Assembly: GCF_036321535.1 (NCBI RefSeq)
Contig: NC_087437.1
Coordinates: forward strand, 72,108,001 to 72,172,000
Source of the DNA: Camelus dromedarius
Lineage: Eukaryota
DNA length: 64,000 nt
Direction: 5' to 3'
Each line of letters opens with the position of its first letter. Positions within the stretch are counted from its first letter, which is position 1. The notes under the pieces are model-generated. The model searched no databases, was not told the origin of the DNA, and saw nothing but the letters and a program-made list of their open reading frames with translations. This document shows positions 35,177 through 47,838 of the stretch, one piece after another. The position numbers and the translations under genes are program-made.

Positions 35177-38100
35177 TAGGGAAGGGCATAGGAATCTGGG
35201 GATGTTCAAAGATGATCTAATAGTCAGCCAATCCCTATATATGTGAGGACATGTCTGCATTACAGGATTGGGAAGATACAGATATAGTTGTGGACTCTTA
35301 CAGAGGAAGTGAGCAGGAGAAACAGAGGAACTGATATCCGTGGGATTTTATTGTGTTAATTCTTTTTCTACAGAAAAGACTCCATCATTCTCTGAATAGA
35401 TTTATCCAAGTTCATGCTTCTTGTCTGTTCCATTCTTAATGCCATGATTTTCTGCTGATATGAGCCTGGAAAACCAAAAAGCTATAGCTACTCCCTATCA
35501 ACCTCCTACCCCTGCATAAATTTTTTTTTCTTTTCTGAACACATATGTGTGTGTATGTATATGTGTGTGTGTGTATGTGTGTGTGTACATGCACAACAAA
35601 TTAATTGTGGTCCTAAATTGAGGGAAGTTGGGAACAACTTTTATCAAAACACAATTGAGAGCCACTAGATGGTGCTTCAACTTAATTCTTTTAACATTTC
35701 CAAGCAGGCTAAAATCTAACCTCAGACGGTAATCCTACATTTTTTTCCTTTAGTTTTCCCATACAACTGTCCTTCCACTTACTAATTCTTTAGGTCTTCT
35801 TGGGTAGTTTTGAAACAATTACAGAAGAAAGGGAAAATAGTTTAAGTTAAAATTAAGGAGAAAAAAATGTTTTTCAAACTTGAATTGCATTATTCCTGTC
35901 ACTTAATTTTAGTTGAAACATTTTGCTTATGAAACAAGATAGGGGTAGGTATTAATAGTCTTATTTCAGGGAAAGGGGAAATGTGAGGATCTCTTAGCGG
36001 TAAGCCAAGATTACTACTCACTTATTTCTTAAACTGGAGACCTGAGATCACTTGATCACTAACAAATATATAGCTGCTTGTTAGTGTTAATGGAAGCAGA
36101 TGGTCAGAGCTACAAATAAAATTAGTTGGCCTTTTCTACTTCCTGGGTCCAACCCCGTATCTCCTCCCCTATCATCTTTAAGAGGCATACATGGTATTCA
36201 AAAGCTAGAAGGAAGCTACATCCAAAGTAGGCCAACTTCCTCATTTTTACAAAAGAGGAAACTAAGACTCTCAGAGTAAAGTGACCATTGAGTGTTACTT
36301 AGAAGCCAGCAGGAGTTGTGGACTTGCTTTGCCTTCTGATGAAAGCACTCACAAAGTGGACTTTACAGTTTGTTTTGTTTGGATCGAAAGGGTTCAAGAG
36401 AGAATTTATGGGAGTTTTCCAAAGGATCACAAGATGAATAAGTGAAACAACACATAAAACATTCATGAGATTAACTACTATCTTCAGGGAAAGACTGAGT
36501 ATTACTGTTGTTAAATAACTGAGTGTCACCACATGCCAAGGACCTCACAAGCCAAGTACATCACATCTAAACTGAGAAACAAGTGCAATGGAGAGATTTT
36601 TTAAATTGCTTGTTTAAATCTTACTTTAGTGTTTCCTACACTCTGGATACAAGAAAAGAGGCATGAGAAGAAAATTTGTCTTTTTAGGGAAATGCATCAA
36701 CAGTTTAGACAGGGAACGTAGGGCTCAGGTTGTAGAATGCCTTGGGAATTAAAATAATCAGCATAATTTTAAAAAGTGTTCTTTCTGAGCTCCAGTGACA
36801 GGAATTTTGGAAGTTCTTGAGGAATCAGATAAAAGAAGAAATAGAATAAGCCTTAGCTACAACAAGAGAATTGATTGGTCATAAATTCTTTATGATGGGA
36901 TAACTAAAGAATTTTAGAATTCAAGATGCCTCTCTGTTAATATTTAGTTAAAATCTATTACATACAATAGCCTTCATGTGATTAACGGTGCTTTAGAAAT
37001 GAAGAAAGAGGGAACTCTGCACACAAAAGAACAGAACTGGGAGAAACAGGACAAAGAGGGCAGAAGTTGGCAGGACTGGTGCTGAGATGCCAAGGATGAC
37101 CAAGAATTTGGTTGGGATTTGAAGTTTAAGGGGACAGATGATAGGAAGCCAGCAGAGGAGGGCAAGCACTCCATGAGGAATTTTCAAAATGCTGAGGAGG
37201 GTAGTGCATGTAAAAAATAAAATTATTTTATTTGGACATTAAAGGAGAAGACTTTTTTCAGAAGTTTGGGACTCCTATGGACCATTGGGAATTGCACAGA
37301 TGATTAGGAGAAGAAGCTCACAGTCCACCTATAGAGTTTTTACTTGAACTCTGAACACTTAAGTATATTATATCCCGATAGTTAAGGAGAAGAACTCCAT
37401 AATCTCTGAAGGTCCTGGCTAGATCTAGAATCTAACATTCTCCTGCCTTCTTCCCTGTGACTTGCAGCTTGTAATTTTCCAGACTAGAAGAAACAGGGAA
37501 TCAAACAGGAATACTCAGAAATTCTCAAATTATCCTTTTCTTAGGAAACAGCAGACTCTCTCCATTACTAAACAGCCACAACAGGCCAGAAAGATGGTTC
37601 AGCATATGTGCCCAATGACTCTGTGTAACCAGGCTCAGTGAGAGTCAGGGCCCACAGTGCTCAGATGGGAAACAGCACTCTCTGGTATTTGTCTCTGTTG
37701 AATATGTGTTCACCTGTACTTCATGGGCAGAAAACTAAACGTTTCCTTGTCAGTGCTGGCCTATATATCTGCATTGAGAGCTGTATTTCTGTCCATTGCC
37801 AGCTTCCTACATGTTCCCAGACAGAGTTTAAACCTGAAGTGGTATCAAAGGGCCAGAGGGCCCCCCAGTTTACATTGTAGGGGGCAGAATGGAATGCATG
37901 CCAGCAGAGGACAGTGTATCTCTCTGAATTCCTAGAGGTTGGCATGGTGCCTGGCATTTCTGTGGGTTAGATGGGTGGATGGACAGATGATGGAAAAAGC
38001 ACAGTCCTGGAAGCACTAGGGCTAGGATCTCAAGGGGTTATTTAAATTGCTCATGGCAAGGCTGTGTATGGCACTCATTTTGACATATTCTGATAAGTTC

Positions 38101-38389
38101 ATTCCTTTACTCATCAAATATTCACTAATTACTCAGCATGTGTCAGCCATAACACCAAACTCTACAAATAAATCAGTAAAATGTGAATCAAATAGTAATA
38201 AAATAAGATCCTTGAAGAGTTCACAGCAAGGAAGATAGACATACAAGCAGATCATTAAAATCTAGTATTGATGTATATATACACAGGCACAGATATACAG
38301 GTAGAGGTATATACCCAGTGCTATAGCAATCAAAGAAAGGAATATTCAAAACTGAAGGTGTGGCTTGTAGTTAAGGAAAAGCATTGACT

Positions 38390-38800
38390 AAATTAGGAGG
38401 CTTTCAGCATCAAGAAACAGAAAGTCAGGCTCTGACAGTTAATAAGGACATTTACTGTCTTACATAAGAAGGCATCTAGAAGTAGGGCCAACATCAAGTC
38501 TGGTTGTTTCAATGGCTCTACAAAGCCTTGAAGGACTAGGATTTTATCCTTTCTCTGCTCTGCCATCATCAGTGCGTGATTCATCCTCAAGCTGGGAGTG
38601 AGTAGATGGCAGCCACCCCAAGGCCACAGCCAGACACAGCATGTCCAGAGGAAGAGGGCTGACCATTTCTTCCCCCAACCCCATCTTACTAGTGAAGACC
38701 AAAAGCCTCCATATACTTCCTCTCTCGTCTGATTGGTCAAAGCCACAGATCCAGTCTCTGGCAGAGGGGTTCAGACTACGCTTACACTGATTGGGACTTC
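38390..38800 (-). mobile_element. MaLR LTR relic (MLT1J/K-like)
   Basis: tttctctgctctgccatcatcagtg...ttcatcctcaagctgg...agatggcagcc; cttcctctctcgtctgattggtcaaa. Confidence 0.55.
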
Positions 38801-41800
38801 CTGCAGCAAGGCTAAAGCCTGTGCCTTTCACCAGGCACTTGTCCTGGTGGGAGAGGAATGAGTGAAGACCTGGACAAAACCGGGGTCTTTGTTAGGAAAG
38901 TAGAACCTGAGAATGCATGTGAAGTGTTGATGAAGGAGATAACGGTCAAACTGAGTTCTAAAAGATGCATGGGATTGCTGCAGGTGGACAAAGGCAGGGA
39001 AGAAAGGGCAGCACGGGTAAAGGCAGGGAGCTGTGACAGGGTGTGCCTCTTTCAGGGCAGTGGGGATATGGCCTGTATCATCTCCTCACACACGTCCCAC
39101 ATTTCATGAAGTCATCTGGGGACAGAAGATTGCTATTCTATTGAGAATGCCAGGAGAGTTTTGCAGATCCAGCAAATCTTGATGAATTTATAATGTTTTC
39201 TGAACAGAGTGTCCAAATCTTCTGACTGATTCACCCAACACTGATTTTAAGATCAAACCAGGAGCCAAGAACATTGGTTATACATAGTGGAGAACCAGAG
39301 AGAGGCAGGGGACCTCAGGCTGGAGCACAGAGGGTCTGCTGGATGATGTCACTCTGTTTCTGAGCTGGTAAAACTGGCAAAGTTGAGACACTTCTTATTC
39401 TGGTGTCCCCTCATGAAATATGAAGATAATTCTTGCTTTTAACACAGTTGAAGAGAGGATTTTGAGGATAATCTGTCTATATTTATAAATATCCTTGGGT
39501 AAGGTGCTTTAGAAACACAAAATCATGTTATTCATTCTACCTGCTTTTAAATGACCCTCATGCACACATTGTTATGTAGAAAAAATTTAGCAATGTGTCC
39601 TTCCCTAAAACTTCTCTTCTACCTAAGACACAGAGACCCCACACATGGACACCTCAGACACAGATTCCCATTTCCAGTTATATCCTCTCTATTCTAAATC
39701 TCCCACACATTGAGGAGAGAGCTCCTCAGAGGTATGGTAATCACAAGAGGAAGGAAATGATCATCTCTCCACCGGCAGCCATGGGACTAATCAAGAGAAA
39801 CTGCAAATTTAACAGGAGGAAGAGAAAAAAATACATATGCTCAAAATCAGAAAAAAAAATTTAAAGAAGATAACACTATAAAAAGAAGAAATGTGAAGTT
39901 CCATCAAATGTTAAGATTCTTATGGGAGGAGAAATGGACCATGTTCCAAATTGCTATTATGACTGCCTGTTATTAAGAATGTGACTCTCCTGGGAAAACA
40001 GTTGTATATGATTATGAGATTAATTCTTTATCTTGCTCCTTAACATGATGAAAATGCACATTTTCCTCAGCTTCTCTTCTATGTTATCTTTATGAAAACA
40101 GAGAGCAAGAGACCTATTGAGCAGGATGATTTATGGTTAACACATGGTTTTACTCTGCTTTGAAGGGCACTGTGTCTACTGTGCAGCTTCCTGGGGTTCC
40201 ATGGGGGCCACAGAAACTGGAGAGGAAGCAGCTCTTTGCCCTTGTGGGTGCTGTGTGGATGGATCATGACTGGAAAGACAAAGTTTGTATGTTGCTGCTG
40301 ACTCTTGGAATGGATGTGAGCATCTCTATAGATTTGAATGATGCTCTGTGGGAGATGGCAGACAACCAGATTGTGTAGTTTGTGTCTGAATACAAGAATT
40401 TACAGTTTGTTTACAGTTCATGCACTTCTAATTTAAGGCTTCTGACCAGAGGACAACATCTGCTACATAATATCTTTAAAAAAAAAAAAAAACAAACAAA
40501 ACAAAAAACCTCTCCCACAGACTTTCCCATATTCCATGTAGTGGAAAATCACAATGTAACACGTTTACAAGATATTGAAAACCAAGGAGCAGCCCAAGAT
40601 GTCAGCTCCAAGAAACTACAGTAAATGCCTTGGGACTAGAAAGAATGATTAAACAACCAGCATTCCAGCAAGAAGCATCTGTCTTTTGTCATTCTCCCCA
40701 GATCAACATAAAATGTGCAGAGGAAGGCAGCCATTTCAGTGGGGGCGAAGGAGGTCAGCTGTTTGTAACATTTTCCACCATTCCCTTACAACTAAAACCC
40801 AAATCCTATTACTTTCCAACTGCCTATCAAAGGAGGGTGTTTGCTGATGCAGCCCAAGGAGGCCTAATCGCTATCCATCGTTCCCCGTGGCAGCCCCTGC
40901 ATCCTGGAAGATGATTAAATGGCAGAGCCTGCAGAGGAGCTGGATGTGAAACCTTATCCCTATGCCAAACTCCTCTTGGATATTTAATTTTTTTCTTTTT
41001 AGTTTAGTTTTTTTTTTTTTTTTTCAGATTTCTATCCAAAACATGCTTTCTTTGGCAGCCTCCCCAGAGGACTGTGAAGTCCTTATACATAAACTATCCA
41101 TGCCCTTACCTCTGCAGGATGGTAAAACAGACTTAAGACTTGCAAATTGTAACTGTTGTCCGGCAAGGGCTGCTGGCCAGCGGGAACCAGCAGATACCCT
41201 GGCAGAGCACACACAGACCTGGAGGGTTTCGGAACAGTTACCTGCAGGCTGTCATCAAGCCTGAGAGTGAGGCTATCTATGCTCATCCAATGACTCTAAG
41301 TCTTCACTTAACTTCTCGTAGTTGGTAGTCTTCTTTTAGTTAATGGCTACTTTTCAAGGAAATTAGGAAGTGTCGAATTTATCACTATATTTTTTATTTA
41401 TGGGTAAAAGATTAGGATACTTCCACCCTACCTTTTCAATCTGGTCTTCCACTACGTTTACTTCCCTTATTCCAATCCGCATACCCACTATACAGCTTTC
41501 CCAGAAATTTCTCCCCAGCCATTCCTGGCTGCATTTCTGCCTGGCTTATGCTAGTTCTCCTTTACTCCCATCCCTGACTTTCAAAAGGCTGCCCTCTTTC
41601 CAATGCTACTGCATCCGTGAAATCTTTCCAGGTGCCTTGTTCTGAGCTAGGCATTGCTCCACCAAAGTACTTCTTTTTACAGGACTTTGTAGACTGGCTT
41701 TTATGGCATTTGTGCATATATGTCTCCAACACTAAACTGTGAGGCCCATGAGGGCAGATGTCAGGTCTTAATTATTTTTATATCTTCTCAACTGCCTAGC

Positions 41801-41879
41801 ACAGTGTCTTAAACATACTGAGTACTCAATAAATGCGTGCTGAATTTGAATTTAAAAACTCAAAGTAGTAAAGTCTGAT

Positions 41880-42372
41880 AAAGGTATGATATTAAAGGGA
41901 TACATTTGACTAAATGAATAAAAGAAGCTTTATATGACAAAGATAAAGACATAGAATGGAGAAAATATTTGCAGTGTATATAAGACAAAATATTATTACC
42001 CTGAATACACTGGCTCCAAAAAATCAAAAGAAAAAGACAAAAAGTCCTAAAGAAATATGGACAGAGGATATGAATAGCTATTTTACGAGACAGGAAATAT
42101 AAATATCTAATAAACATGTGAATTGATATTCAAGCTAAGTAAGAATCAGGGAAGTGCCAATTACTAAAAAATCCAAGATACTATTTTTCTTTCACATATT
42201 AGACTAGTGAAGTTAATAATTTTGATAGAATCAACTATGAGAGTTATAGGGAACAAGCAGTTTCTGATGGGAGTGTAAGTCAGCACAGTCATTTCAGAGA
42301 GCAGTTTGCAAGTATAACCCAATAATTCTAGTTTTCAGTATCTAGTCAAAGAATACTGCTCATGTGCACAAG
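41880..42372 (+). mobile_element. Old L1ME-like fragment, interrupted by the ERV LTR and resuming after 43035
   Basis: agaatggagaaaatatttgcag; gatgggagtgtaagtcagcacagtcatttcagagagcagtttg. Confidence 0.55.
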
Positions 42373-43030
42373 TGTTGCCAATGGATGTAACTAGTGTTCC
42401 TGGTTCTTGTCCCATCCCAGAAAGAACTCAGAGACAAGATGTAGTGGTTAAAAAAGTAAAGTGAGGATTTATTAAAGGACAGATAGTACGCTCTCAAGGG
42501 GAGAGCGGGCAGGCTCAAGTGAGCGGCTGCCCTGAGTTTCTTTAGCAAGTTAGTTACATAGGGTGTAAAAATGAATGGGAGGAATATTCATTGGGGAGGG
42601 AAGGGTTTAGGGTCACATTCCCTGATTATCATCCCAACTCCACCTTCCCAAAGGGAGGAGGGATTTTTGTCCTTATTTAGTCTGGATCGGAAGTGTCATG
42701 GCATCGGTGCATGATGGGTACTTCTAATCTGCAAGGCTAATTTTATTGAAATGAAGGCATAATGAGCAAAAGGTTACATTTGGACACTGGAAATTCCTGT
42801 CTTTTCTCACCTTTTTTTGTTGGTTTCCAGGCCACTCATCACCCCAAAAGTTGTGACCCCTTATCAGCCCAAAGGTTCCTGCTTTTCTTTCTCTGCCCAG
42901 GGACCCCTGGTGCTTACATGATGTATGGTTTCTTGCATTTGGCTTATGCCCCTCCTTTCTGCCCAATTCCTACCATTTAGTCTGCGTCCCCCTTTCTCTG
43001 CTCTTATTTAGCTATCTGCTTGCTCTAACA
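42373..43030 (-). mobile_element. Solo LTR, ERV1 class, relatively young
   Basis: 658 bp with TGTT...AACA termini. 4-bp target-site duplication CAAG at 42369-42372 and 43031-43034. AATAAA on the - strand near 42470. Several CpGs retained. Confidence 0.85.
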
Positions 43031-43129
43031 CAAGGAGGTAAATATTACAACATGGTTGTAATAACAAAAATGGGAAACAAACCTCACTATCCCTCTTTAG
43101 GGGAACGTAATGCTGTGTAGCAGCTGAAA

Positions 43130-43375
43130 ATAATGAAGCTGCCTCCACAGAAAGGTCCTCTCTATCTAAAAAGTCACCCCTGTCTCTATCCTTTTATCCC
43201 ATTTTCTTTTTCTGCATTCCCATCACTTCATGTTATATCACGTTTGTTTGACTGTTATCTTTCTCCATCTCTAACATGTAAGACCAATGAGAATAAAGAC
43301 TTAATCTGCTTTTCCAGCACCATATATGTGGCCCCTGGCACACAATAGGGGCTCAATAAATGGTTATTGAATTAA
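43130..43375 (+). mobile_element. L2 3' end
   Basis: ccctggcacacaataggggctcaataaatggttattgaatt. Confidence 0.65.
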
Positions 43376-45819
43376 TAGTGTGGAGATATATAGATCAATA
43401 TGGGAATATCTTCAAGGCATACTGAATAAGAAGGAAAAAGGCAAGTTACAGAATAATACACACAGGATGATATAATTTATGTAGATTAAGTACAAAATGA
43501 ATTTTTTTTTCCTTTTTGCAATGTCCTTCTAAAAATTCTTCTCTCTCCTCATCCCTTCCTATGACAAGCTTGGCCATCCCAGGCTCATTACTCAGAAGAA
43601 AGATATATTTGAACAGAAGATGGAAATGTCACACACATGTTTCTTCCTAAGGCTGGTTTTCCAAAGTGTAAATGCTCTTAGTGGAACACAGAGAATTCTG
43701 AGTCTTCTCCTCTCACCTTATCCCACAACCCGGAAAACAAGAAAAAACAATAACAACAACAAAATCCCACCTTGAGCTGAGGAGAAGGGCAAATGAGGCA
43801 AGTGATGAGAGAATAGATTTGTTTAGAGGAACTGTCTCTCCCAGGCAGAGCTAAGGAGGTGAAAGGCCAGAGGGAGTTTACACAGAAGAGACCTTGGATG
43901 CCACTGTAGGAATTCTCTTGCTTTAATAGGCACTATAGGTAAACTGACCCTTACAGTACCAATCTTGATGTGGCAAAGGCAGTCTCAATTCTAAAGAGCC
44001 AGGTGGATGGGAAAAAGGATTTTCTCCACAAATGCCTAGGGGACAGATGACTTGGAGGACCAGATCCTTCCCTTACTATACCAAATTTAAATGCAGCCAT
44101 GATGGAAGAGAGGACGGAAGGGGCTGATGGACTGAAGTAATTTTTTTCATGCTATTAGAATGAGTATGAGTGAGTCCTCTAAACGTAAGTGATTTTTCTT
44201 CGCAACTCAAGGTAGAGTCTGAGCTTTACAGCTGTACCTACATATTCCAACAGATACATAGGAAAATGTCTGGAAGATTACAAGCATGCACAGAGGACTG
44301 TGAGTAGCAGTGAAGGGAGGCTTTAACTTCATCTGTAATGTTTGGATTTTGTACCCACAATGTATCCATGTATTCTGTGTAATTAAAAATAAGAATTTCT
44401 GAAAGATAAAAAGTAAGACAATCTAATGTATTTTCTTGCCAAAAGATAGGGCAAAATTTAGAGGATTTGCTAAGGCCATGCAGAGGGGCTGAGTTTGGAG
44501 TTGACAGGCTACTAAAGATGAGCCCAGGAAGGCTGAGGTGAAGCAGGTAAAATTCAACCTACAGGAAGTTGTGATTCTGCATTTTTATTTGTTCCTCATA
44601 TGAGTGATTTCTCTGGCCTCCCCACATATCTGTGAACCAGCTTAAAAATACCAGAATTCATGAGAATTTGTAACTCAAGTTATTAATCAAAGGCATATGA
44701 AGAAAAAGATGAAACATACAATCCAAGTTCTGTCATGGATATGTCTTTTTAATTATTGGGGAAACAGTGTAAAAATCTGATATTTATGACTGTTTCATAC
44801 TTTTATAGCTGGTTTCAACTCCAAGTACTTGAAGTTGGGTGTAAATAAAATTTCATTTTCTAAGAGTCCTCGCTTTAACCAGTATGGCTTTAAAATTAAT
44901 TCTGTTTTTTACTTCTTGATGCCTCTGTTTTTTGAAGTACATGAAAGGTTTGAAATAATTTCTAGTAAGTTAATAACCCTGTAATTATAAAGCTACTGAA
45001 CAAAAAGAACATTTCATTTATAAATCACCAGTGTTTGAGGATCCCAAACTTCTGGCTCACTGATGCATACCTATGATGGTTTATTTTAAGTAGATTGTGC
45101 CATTTAACATTTTTCTTTCCATATCATAACTCAGTTTCTCCCTGACAATTAAGTTGTGTCCTTGACAGATTCAATTGACCAGAATGAGGTAATCTCTCTT
45201 GGGCAGCTCCTATTGGCAGCAGCCTTTTGTTGTATCTGATGCCCTTGTGATTTCCATTGCTACCATGATGCAGTATGCATACAGCAGATGTTTTAAGCAC
45301 GAAAGAGTTTATTAAGGAATATTGGGTAGCTCATGGAATCTCTGTAGCTGGAAAACCAGTAATGGGAAATGGCAGGAACAAATCAATCTAATGAGGAAGG
45401 GCACTTCTGCCACACCTGCTGGTTTATGGTGGATGTCGTACCACTGGGTATCAGACACTTCCTCGTCTCTCTCATTGTTTGCCTGTTTGCGTCACTAGCT
45501 CTTGATTCAAGGTCTTAGATGTACAAGTGTACCTGACAAATCATGAGTGGGGTATTTATCCAACAGTTGCCAGAGGAACTGGCAAAGTAGGTATCTTGCA
45601 TTTTCTGAGTCCAAAGTAGAAGGAAATGTTTGCCTCTCACCAAGATCCAGAGGGTGGAGAATTTGCAACATAAGAGGGAATTTTAAAAGACAAGGAGTCT
45701 CAAAAACCTAATAAATGTTTACCACAGGGATTAAAGTGGAGCTTTTTTTGCATTTACTTACCTTGAGAAGTTTGTAAACATAGGTTCTCTGAATACTGGG
45801 TTTTAAACGCCTACTTGAG

Positions 45820-46310
45820 TGTATTAGTTTTCTACTGCTGCATAACGAATTACCCCCCAAACTTAGCAGTTTAAAATAGAAAGAAGCATTTATTATTTTA
45901 AACAGTTTCTATGGGTCAGGAATTCAAGGTCAGCTTAGCTGGTGGTTCTAGCTTGGGATCTCTCATGAGCTTACAGTCAAGATGTCAGCTGGGGCTGCAA
46001 TCATTTGAAGGCTTGACTGGAGCTGGAGGATCCACTTCCAAGAGGGCTCACATTCATGCTGACAGTTGATGCCTGGGGTTGGCAGAAGGCCTCTGTCCCT
46101 CTCCATATAGATCTCTCTGTAGGGCTGTTTGAGAGTTCTCATGATATGGAAGTTGTTAATGATCCAAGAGAGAGCAAAGCAGAAGCTGCAATGTCTCCTA
46201 TGACATTTATGCATAATATTCTACTGGTTACACAGGTCAATCCTATTTAGTGTAGGAAAGGATGGCATAAGGGCATGAACACCAGGAGAAAAGGATCATT
46301 GGTGACTGCA
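45820..46310 (-). mobile_element. MaLR LTR (MLT1F/G/H-like)
   Basis: tgtattagttttctactgctgcataacgaattaccccccaaacttagcag...tcaagatgtcagctggggctgcaatcatttgaaggcttgactgg. Confidence 0.8.
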
Positions 46311-47442
46311 ATCACACCAAGCATAATAGAAATTTGATAATTATCTGGTTAATTTCATAGTCAAAGTGGAAAGTCAAATAGATCCACTGTTCATGTGACT
46401 CTGAGATATGTAGACACAAATTTGGAATGAGGTTATAATTACATGATGTGAAGGCCAAAAACTTTGCTGAATCTACTAAATTATGATGATTAAACAAACT
46501 CCAGAAACTGAAAGTGTCTCACAAAATAGATTCAAGAATTTTTTTCATCTGAAGCCAGTTTGGAATTTCTTCATCAAAAGATACTTCCTGTTACTCTTCC
46601 AAAGCTGTCAGAATAAAATGATAAATTAGAAATGTAAGGGGATTTGTTCTTCTTGGTGCGTTATGTGGCTGGAGTTCTACCTGCTTAAAAAGATTTAAAA
46701 TTATTTAGAAGTATTAGATTCTTGTTACTTAGTATTATGAGCAGTCATGCAGTTCTGGACACTAATGGTAAAACATAAAGACCATTATCTTTCATGCTAG
46801 CATAAGTCTTAGCCTTTTTCATGTTTTGCCTCTCCTGAATTTGACTCATTCTCTTTTCACCCTACTGCTCTCACAAGATCGCTTGAGAAATGGGGAGAAT
46901 TTTAACAGGTTTTTTCCCCCTTTGGCCCTAAGTGAAATTATTTGTATATATATATCTCAGGGTTTAAATAAGTATCACTGCATTTAACGTGATAAGAAAG
47001 AAAGAAAGAAAAAAAAACACTTCTCAATAACCAATTTCTCAAGGGTAGAAAGAATGGGTTGCCATCCTGATGAAGGAAGTGGATTTGTAATATAGTTGTG
47101 GAAGGGCTGGGGAATTTACTGAGCTTAAGGGTACCTCAAGCATTTCTGCACTGCAAATGGGCTATAAACTCCAAGTGTCCCTTGCTAGAAGAACACAGTA
47201 GAAGGTCCCATGAAGTCTGATGATGGCTGCAGAATACAAGGAGACCTCCTTGAATAAAAGAAGGAGCATTTGGCCGGAATCTGTGTCAGCTGTGTGCTGG
47301 AACCAGCTCTTACCAGCTTGTGTGATTGATATTTGTGAACTGGTTATTAAATGATTGGTTGCCTGAAGTAAGCCATGGTGGGAGTACTTGCACCATGCTG
47401 CAAATCAGGGCTCCCTCTCCATTCCCTTGCCAAAGAACCAGT

Positions 47443-47838
47443 TGTCATGGACTGAATTGTATCCCTCTAAAATTCACATGTTGAAGCCCTAAACCCCTGA
47501 ACCTCAGAATGTGACTGTATTTGGAGATAGGACGTTTAAAAAGGTGATTAAGTTAAAGTGAGGCTATTATGATGGGCTCTACAATCTAATCTAAGCTAAG
47601 CTAATCTAAGGTGTCCTTAAAATAAGCGAGAACAGGACACACACAGAGATATCAGAGCGTACACACACAGAGGAAAGACCATCTCAGGACACAGTGGAAA
47701 GACGGACATTTGTAAGATAAGGAACCACGTCTCAGAATAAACCAAATCTGTCTTTAGAGCTGCAGAAAAATAAATTTCTGTTGCTGAAGCCATCCAGTCT
47801 ATGGGATTTTGTTTTGGCATCCCTAACAAACTAATTCA
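47443..47838 (+). mobile_element. MaLR solo LTR (MLT1A-like)
   Basis: tgtcatggactgaattgtatccctctaaaattcacatgttgaagcc...aaactaattca. 5-bp target-site duplication CCAGT at 47438-47442 and 47839-47843. Confidence 0.88.

Noticed and set aside
36057..36087. 9-bp inverted repeat cactaacaa...ttgttagtg
   Set aside because: Short and AT-rich, expected by chance in 64 kb, and no supporting context.
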